Shown here: positions 27,051 to 32,000 of the stretch, in pieces
Layout: each line of letters begins with the position of its first letter
Numbering within the stretch: the first letter of the stretch is position 1
NCBI GenBank assembly: GCA_000166095.1
Contig: CP002278.1
Location: 570,001 to 602,000 of the forward strand
Direction: 5' to 3'
Origin: Methanothermus fervidus DSM 2088
Lineage (GTDB): Archaea; Methanobacteriota; Methanobacteria; DSM-2088; Methanothermaceae
DNA: 32,000 bases
Program-made: the position numbers and the translations under genes
The notes under the pieces: model-generated
Databases searched by the model: none
The model's input: the letters and a program-made list of their open reading frames with translations, nothing else
Told to the model about the DNA's origin: nothing

Positions 27051-28562
27051 CTACCAAATGTCTACATAATTTCCACGGCTTGTATATCTAACGACTTTAA
27101 CAAATGTTCCTGGAGCAATATATTTATTTATTTCAACTATTTGTGGATTGCAATTGCCTATACTATATTTCAACTGTAAATTGATAGGCACGTAACTTTT
27201 TTTAACATTCGTTAGAATGAGAGTCGTACTCACTGCATAACTACTTGGATAATCACCTAAAATTATAACTTTCTTTTCTCCTGGGTTTAAGGTTAGTGAA
27301 TATTCATTATAAAAGATTTTTGAACCATTTATTGTGTCTGTATAAACACTTACATAATATTTAATGGTTGTTGGTGTTGAACCTTTGTTGGTTATGGTTA
27401 TTGAAAACTTAGATATATTTTCATTACATTTAGATACCCACTTTATTAAATTTAGGATAATGTTAGGTATCTGAGGATTTAATTCAGGATGTGGACCTAA
27501 TAATGCAACTCTTCCATTACCATAATTATCAACTATAATTGCGTTCCCTGAATATCTATCTAAATAAGTTGCAAGTGCTGTTGATCCAGTCATTACTGGA
27601 CCATTCCAGAACCATAAAGTTAAACAACCATTTAAATCTAAAATTTCTTTACCAATTTCAGTAATTTTCACAGTAATGTTACCAATATAAGATGTTGCCT
27701 GTGATGTTACTCCAGCTAATCCCCAACCATTGTAATAATCATCTTCTGTTACTACTAATGATGAGGCTGCAAATGCTCCAGCACAAATACCAATATAACC
27801 TTTCCCACTATAAACAAAATTTTTAATTGCAGCTTCTGAGATGTTTTCATTTTTAATGTAAGATCTTCCTGAGATTCCAGCAGGCATTATCAAAACATCA
27901 AAATCTCTAAGAGTGTCATAGGTTATTTTATCTATCTTAGAGAATGTAACTATAAATTTTTCAGTGTTTGTTGTTGAAAGACATTGGACTATCCCATTGA
28001 CACTTTCATCTAAAGCATCAGTACCATTATAAATAGCCACATTGATAATGGGAGTTAATGTGACATAATCTGGCAACTTTTTCTCTTTATCATATAGTAT
28101 GCATATATTAGCAAAGAGGTAAAGTAATGTGTGGTATGATATCTTCCCCAACTTACTGTTAGCATAATTTGGAGCTCTGGAATTATTTTCAACAAATGAT
28201 TGAATTCTTTTGGCAATATTTATATATTCCATTTTTGATAATGTGCCTTGTATGCATGCCCCCTGTGGATTTATAGGACTAGAAACATTGAAACTTTTTA
28301 TTTTAGTTTCTTCATTTTTGCCATTGTATAAACTTACTACACATTTTGTGCTCAAATATAAATATTGTTCAGATGTAACATTTACTTCTGAAATGTTAAT
28401 TGTCTTAGGCACCTTATGCATGTTTTCTATACTATATTTCACACTATATGATGCATTTATTACATCTTTAATCATGAATTCATCATTGTTTGCAGCTGTA
28501 ACTGAACTAACAGAACATACAATCAGCAAAATACAAAACACTATTACTGCTTTTAAATTCAT
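27051..28562 (-). CDS. secreted cell-wall-associated protein: signal peptide, 2 pseudomurein-binding repeats, GATase1-like (BPL_N-like) domain, C-terminal beta-sandwich
   Basis: 503 aa with SD GGTGGG upstream and signal peptide MNLKAVIVFCILLIVCSVSSVTA/ANN. The two PMBR-like segments are IKDVINASYSVKYSIENMHKVPKTINI....EQYLYL and YINIAKRIQSFVENNSRAPNYANS.LGKISYHTLLYLF. The central domain has DVLIMPAG...GKGYIGICAGAFAAS...LLGPHPE. The C-terminal part is CARDB-like (ITITNKGSTPTTIKYYVSVY...LNPGEKKVI). Confidence 0.8.
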   Translation of the reverse strand: MNLKAVIVFCILLIVCSVSSVTAANNDEFMIKDVINASYSVKYSIENMHKVPKTINISEVNVTSEQYLYLSTKCVVSLYNGKNEETKIKSFNVSSPINPQGACIQGTLSKMEYINIAKRIQSFVENNSRAPNYANSKLGKISYHTLLYLFANICILYDKEKKLPDYVTLTPIINVAIYNGTDALDESVNGIVQCLSTTNTEKFIVTFSKIDKITYDTLRDFDVLIMPAGISGRSYIKNENISEAAIKNFVYSGKGYIGICAGAFAASSLVVTEDDYYNGWGLAGVTSQATSYIGNITVKITEIGKEILDLNGCLTLWFWNGPVMTGSTALATYLDRYSGNAIIVDNYGNGRVALLGPHPELNPQIPNIILNLIKWVSKCNENISKFSITITNKGSTPTTIKYYVSVYTDTINGSKIFYNEYSLTLNPGEKKVIILGDYPSSYAVSTTLILTNVKKSYVPINLQLKYSIGNCNPQIVEINKYIAPGTFVKVVRYTSRGNYVDIW

Positions 28563-28602
28563 GTTTTTCCCACCTCGGTGAAAAAATAAAGTTTTTTCTA
28601 CT

Positions 28603-28612
28603 AATATAAAAA
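28603..28612 (-). promoter_or_regulatory. TATA-like box TTTTTATATT for the secreted-protein gene
   Basis: The - strand reads TTTTTATATT, ending 40 nt upstream of the ATG at 28562. The SD GGTGGG lies between them. Confidence 0.4.
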
Positions 28613-28637
28613 CTTTTCCTTATATTAGATAGAAAAA

Positions 28638-28645
28638 TTTATAAT
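28638..28645 (+). promoter_or_regulatory. TATA-like box TTTATAAT with purine-rich BRE-like flank for the ABC operon
   Basis: AGAAAAATTTATAAT lies 61 nt upstream of ATG 28706. This leaves room for a ~35-nt leader that contains GGAGG. Confidence 0.4.
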
Positions 28646-28705
28646 GTAAAAATTGTGGATATTTTTATTCAAAGATTATGCTTGTTCAAAAATGGAGGCA
28701 TAAAT

Positions 28706-29653
28706 ATGGATAAGAAAATATTAGTGGTAATTGCAATAATAGCAGTGATAATAGCTGCCTATGGAATTTACAACTACACAGCACAGCCAAAAGGAGAAGT
28801 GGTCATTGGACATTTAAAAAGTGATCATCATGCAGCATTGTATGTTGCATTGGCAAAAGGGATGTTCGAGAAGGAAGGGATAAAAGTTAAAACAATAGAA
28901 TTCAAAGCTGGACCAGAACTTATGAGGGCTATTGCATCAAAACAAATAGATATTGGGTATGTAGGAACACCACCTGCTGTAACATCAATATCTAAAGGTG
29001 TACCTGTAAAAATAATTGCAGCTGTTAATGAAGAAGGTTCAGGAATTGTAGTTAAAAAAGGAAGTGGAATTCATAGCATCAGTGATCTTAAAGGAAAAAC
29101 CGTTGCAATACCAATGAAAGGTAGTATTCAGGATGTTTTATTAAAAATGGTACTAAAACAACATAACATAGATCCAAAGGATGTAAACATTGTTGAAATG
29201 GATGTACCTATGATGCCAAAAGCTTTACAGGCAGGTAGAATAGATGCATTTATTGCATGGGAACCTTATGTTACAATGGCAAAAATGAAAGGTTATGGAG
29301 ATGTACTAATGTATTCAAGTGAAATATGGAAGGACCATCCATGTTGTGTTGTAATAGCTAGAGACGATTTCATAAATAACAATCCAGAAATTGTCAAAAA
29401 ATTCTTGAAAGTTCATGTAGAAGCAACAAATTACATAATAGCACATAAAGATGAAGTTGCATCAATAATTTCCAAAAAATTAGGAACACCAGTAGATGTT
29501 GAGAAAGAAGCCATGACCCATATCAAATATACATCAGTGCCATCTCAGGACAATATAATGAAATTTGTTAAGATATTGAAACAAATAGGTTACATCAAAA
29601 AAGATCTTACAAAAGAAGATATTTTTGACTTAAGATATCTTCCTTCTTCCTAA
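28706..29653 (+). CDS. ABC transporter substrate-binding protein, NMT1/SsuA/TauA-like (NitT/TauT family)
   Basis: The ATG at 28706 follows GGAGG, giving 315 aa. An N-terminal membrane anchor (ILVVIAIIAVIIAAYGIY) is present without a lipobox Cys. The body (IGHLKSDHHAALYVA, DIGYVGTPPA, AFIAWEPY) resembles the sulfonate/nitrate/HMP-type SBP fold. Confidence 0.75.
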   Translation: MDKKILVVIAIIAVIIAAYGIYNYTAQPKGEVVIGHLKSDHHAALYVALAKGMFEKEGIKVKTIEFKAGPELMRAIASKQIDIGYVGTPPAVTSISKGVPVKIIAAVNEEGSGIVVKKGSGIHSISDLKGKTVAIPMKGSIQDVLLKMVLKQHNIDPKDVNIVEMDVPMMPKALQAGRIDAFIAWEPYVTMAKMKGYGDVLMYSSEIWKDHPCCVVIARDDFINNNPEIVKKFLKVHVEATNYIIAHKDEVASIISKKLGTPVDVEKEAMTHIKYTSVPSQDNIMKFVKILKQIGYIKKDLTKEDIFDLRYLPSS

Positions 29654-29689
29654 TTTTTTATTTTTAAGCATTTTTTTGGAGGTTTGTTA

Positions 29690-30442
29690 GTGAAAAAATA
29701 TTTAGAGATGACTTTGAGCCCATTGTTGGTAATAATTTTATGGTCATTGTTAACTTTCACAAATATAATACCTAATTATATCTTACCAAACCCAGGTGAA
29801 GTTCTTATTTCATTTTATACTCTAATAAAAAATGGTGAATTATTTGTCCATGCATATAATACGTTAATGAGAGTCGTTCTAGGATTTTTAATAGCTTCAG
29901 CAATTGCAATACCATTAGGCATTGGAATAGGATGGTCAGAAACAATTGAAAATATTTTTAATCCCCTCATACAAATATTAAGACCCATACCTCCCTTAGC
30001 TTGGGTACCTTTCGCATTAATATGGTTTGGTATTGGTCTTAAATCAGAAGTGTTTATAATATTTATCGGTTCTTTTTTCCCAATATTGCTTAATACAGTT
30101 GACGCTGTTAAGGGCGTTGAGAAAGTTTTCATCGAAAGTGCATATGTCTTAGGAGCCAATGAACAACAAATATTAACTAAAGTAGTATTACCAGGTTCCC
30201 TACCAGGAATTGTATTAGGTATGAGAGTAGGATTTGGTATAGGGTTTATGTGTACTGTTGCAGCAGAGATGATAGCCGCAAAATCAGGATTGGGTTATTT
30301 GATCATGGATTCTATGCGGCTCATGGACACTGGAACTATGCTTGTAGGTATCATAACAATAGGAATACTAGGTTTTTTAATCGACACTATATTTGCAAAA
30401 ATTGAAAAAAGAGAATTTAAATGGAGAGGAAAAACAACATGA
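29690..30442 (+). CDS. ABC transporter permease (NitT/TauT family)
   Basis: The GTG at 29690 lies 6 nt after GGAGGT; the ORF-track TTG at 29684 abuts the SD. It has six hydrophobic segments and an EAA-like loop, ESAYVLGANEQQILTKVVLPGSLPGI. Confidence 0.85.
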   Translation: MKKYLEMTLSPLLVIILWSLLTFTNIIPNYILPNPGEVLISFYTLIKNGELFVHAYNTLMRVVLGFLIASAIAIPLGIGIGWSETIENIFNPLIQILRPIPPLAWVPFALIWFGIGLKSEVFIIFIGSFFPILLNTVDAVKGVEKVFIESAYVLGANEQQILTKVVLPGSLPGIVLGMRVGFGIGFMCTVAAEMIAAKSGLGYLIMDSMRLMDTGTMLVGIITIGILGFLIDTIFAKIEKREFKWRGKTT

Positions 30443-31194
30443 TCATTGTTAAGAACCTTTCAAAGAAATTTGGAAACGTTAAAGTTCTAGATAATATAAA
30501 TTTAAAAATAAAAGATGGTGAATTTTTCTGCATTGTAGGACCTTCAGGATGTGGAAAAACAACATTGTTAAGAATTATCGCTGGATTAGAAAAACCTACG
30601 TCTGGAGAAGTTTATATCAACAGTGAAAAGGTAGGAAATCATAAATCTAGCTGTAGTATGGTATTTCAGCAATATGCATTATTTCCATGGAGAACTGTGC
30701 TAGAAAATGTAATGTTTCCATTAGAAATTCAGGGAATATCTGAAAGTAAGAGACGTAAAATAGCCGAAGAATATCTTAAGCTTGTGGATCTACAAGATTT
30801 CAAGGATGCATACCCTTATGAATTGTCAGGCGGTATGAAACAAAGAGTTGCAATCGTTAGAGCCTTAGTCAATGATCCTAAAGTATTATTGATGGATGAA
30901 CCATTTGCAGCTTTAGACATGCAGACAAGAAATTTCTTACAAAAAGAATTATCATATATCTGGGAAAAGACTTGTAAAACAATTGTTTTTGTTACACATA
31001 ATATTGATGAAGCTGTTTTTCTTGGGGACAGGGTAGCTGTTATGAGTGCAAGACCTGGAAGAATATTAAAAATATTTGAAGTAAATCTAAAAAGACCAAG
31101 GGACAGATTAGATGAAAAATTTTTGGAAATTAGAGGTAAAATACTTGATATTCTTGAAAAAGAAGTTAAGCGATCGATTGAAATAAAAATATAG
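30439..31194 (+). CDS. ABC transporter ATP-binding protein (NitT/TauT family)
   Basis: The ATG at 30439 overlaps the permease stop (ATGA) and lies 8 nt after GGAGAGGA. It has Walker A GPSGCGKTT, the Q-loop VFQQYALFPW, the signature LSGGMKQR, Walker B LLMDEPF and the H-loop THN. Confidence 0.93.
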   Translation: MIIVKNLSKKFGNVKVLDNINLKIKDGEFFCIVGPSGCGKTTLLRIIAGLEKPTSGEVYINSEKVGNHKSSCSMVFQQYALFPWRTVLENVMFPLEIQGISESKRRKIAEEYLKLVDLQDFKDAYPYELSGGMKQRVAIVRALVNDPKVLLMDEPFAALDMQTRNFLQKELSYIWEKTCKTIVFVTHNIDEAVFLGDRVAVMSARPGRILKIFEVNLKRPRDRLDEKFLEIRGKILDILEKEVKRSIEIKI

Positions 31195-31200
31195 TTAAAT

Positions 31201-31228
31201 TTGTTATTTTTGTTATTTACAGCTTTTT
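31201..31228 (+). terminator. oligo-T tracts / tandem TTGTTATTT x2 after the ABC operon
   Basis: ttgttattt-ttgttattt followed by agcttttt gives two T5 runs within 35 nt of the stop at 31194. Confidence 0.4.
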
Positions 31229-31242
31229 ATTCTTGATTAAAC

Positions 31243-31250
31243 AATATATA
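31243..31250 (+). promoter_or_regulatory. TATA-like box AATATATA upstream of the RHH-like gene
   Basis: It lies 55 nt upstream of TTG 31306 and about 43 nt upstream of the GGAGAG SD. Its position argues against the ORF-track start at 31276. Confidence 0.35.
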
Positions 31251-31305
31251 GAATAATCACCAAAAAATATTTTATTTGAGAATACAAATATTTGGAGAGA
31301 TTTTC

Positions 31306-31803
31306 TTGAAAAGATTAACGGTTGCTGTGCCAAAAAAATGGCGTAACAGACTTATAAAAGTCATCAATTTAGAACATGAACTTTGTACTAAGAAAAAAAA
31401 ATTAGAAATTCTAAAAAAGGGTGAAGATGCTTTAAAAATACCTTGTGGTTGGTTATCTATTTCGCAACTTGTAGATTATATAGTACAGCAGTATGTTACA
31501 AGGAAAGATATTGATCTGGATTTTTTCAAAACAAAAAATAAAGATACATTATCACTGAATGGAAAGTTAAGTATAACATTTAATGATGATACATATAAGA
31601 AAGTTCAAAATTTTAGGAAAAGACTTGCTCGTAAAGGCAGATGTATCTCATTTGCAGAGGTAGTCAGATCTGCAATAAAATCTTGGTTTGAATCGGAACG
31701 TCCAATTTATCATTTAAAAAAAGAGATTGAAAACGTGGAAAAATTAATAAAAAAATATGAAAGTAAAAAAGAAAAGAGAATGGAAATGTGGCACAGACCT
31801 TAA
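31306..31803 (+). CDS. putative tandem ribbon-helix-helix (CopG/Arc-like) DNA-binding protein
   Basis: The TTG at 31306 lies 6 nt after GGAGAG, giving 165 aa. Two beta-alpha-alpha modules are present: KRLTVAVPKKWRNRLIKV...ISQLVDYIVQQY and KLSITFNDDTYKKVQNFRKRLARKGRCISFAEVVRSAIKSWF. A Lys/Glu-rich helical tail follows. Confidence 0.5.
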   Translation: MKRLTVAVPKKWRNRLIKVINLEHELCTKKKKLEILKKGEDALKIPCGWLSISQLVDYIVQQYVTRKDIDLDFFKTKNKDTLSLNGKLSITFNDDTYKKVQNFRKRLARKGRCISFAEVVRSAIKSWFESERPIYHLKKEIENVEKLIKKYESKKEKRMEMWHRP

Positions 31804-31832
31804 TCACCAAAAATTAACTATGATGGTCACAT

Positions 31833-32000
31833 ATGTGTGGGATTGCAGGTTTTTCTGGAAAAAATGCAAAAAAAATTGTTGAAAAAATGCTTAAAATTTT
31901 AAGGCATCGAGGACCTGATGCAACAGGAATTTATTATGATAGCAAAGTAAAAATTATTTATGATAAAAAAGTGGAGGAGAAAGAAGCTCCGCCTTCCAGC
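31833..32000 (+). CDS. class II (Ntn) glutamine amidotransferase, asparagine synthase-like; 3' end cut by window edge
   Basis: This ORF is not in the ORF track because no stop lies within the window. The translation is MCGIAGFSGKNAKKIVEKMLKILRHRGPDATGIYYD... The N-terminal Met-Cys nucleophile and the HRGPD motif are typical of AsnB-type enzymes. Confidence 0.7.
   Translation, partial: MCGIAGFSGKNAKKIVEKMLKILRHRGPDATGIYYDSKVKIIYDKKVEEKEAPPSS

Noticed and set aside
1-32000. I looked for rRNA, tRNA, RNase P/SRP RNA and CRISPR arrays by scanning for GC-rich islands and regularly spaced direct repeats.
   Set aside because: No GC-rich stretch longer than ~12 nt and no spaced repeat array is present. 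All gaps longer than 50 bp are AT-rich promoter or terminator spacers.

Overview
This is an AT-rich (roughly 30% GC by eye), very gene-dense archaeal chromosome segment. I call 34 protein-coding genes, two of them cut by the window edges. Many neighbours overlap by 1-30 nt, and only six intergenic gaps exceed 50 bp. I found no rRNA, tRNA, CRISPR array, IS element or box C/D sRNA.

Several genes point to the Methanobacteriales: PriS/PriL primase, a class I CCA enzyme, pantoate kinase, the AroA'/AroB' alternative dehydroquinate route, archaeal riboflavin genes, an MtxX-like methanogen-marker protein, and pseudomurein-binding repeats on a secreted protein. The Lys/Glu/Ile-rich proteins and the compaction suggest a small-genome thermophile such as Methanothermus. 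That assignment is inference, not a database hit.

Most of the window is housekeeping, arranged in two long same-strand arrays.
- 1765-9113: hisD, aspS, cbiC, hemL, MtxX-like, uppS, tatD, riboflavin reductase.
- 9772-21169: pantoate kinase, aroA', aroB', thpR, cca, priS, priL, metG, a 512-aa orphan, a double-HTH protein, an AglH-type transferase.

The accessory-looking part is 21.2-32 kb. The candidates I consider most worth follow-up are:
1. A signal-peptide protein (27051-28562) combining two pseudomurein-binding repeats with a class I glutamine-amidotransferase-like domain. That domain appears to keep a Cys-His-Glu triad. The gene is divergently paired with a NitT/TauT-type ABC importer.
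2. A translationally coupled pair of a single-domain KaiC/RecA-like ATPase and a 249-aa helical-repeat protein (21240-22666). It is bracketed by G:C homopolymers that are rare for this genome and preceded by a perfect 12-bp palindrome.
3. A 729-aa DHH/DHHA1 nuclease-like protein with a DnaJ-type four-repeat zinc-finger domain, a further zinc ribbon, an S1 domain and an OB fold.
4. A 512-aa zinc-ribbon orphan coupled to a protein made of two tandem Hin-recombinase-type HTH domains, with an AT-hook identical to KRGRGRPRK and no recombinase catalytic domain.
5. A protein (375-1307) carrying the TiaS kinase-like domain but none of the TiaS tRNA-binding modules.

All functional calls rest on by-eye motif and homology recognition. 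No searches were run.
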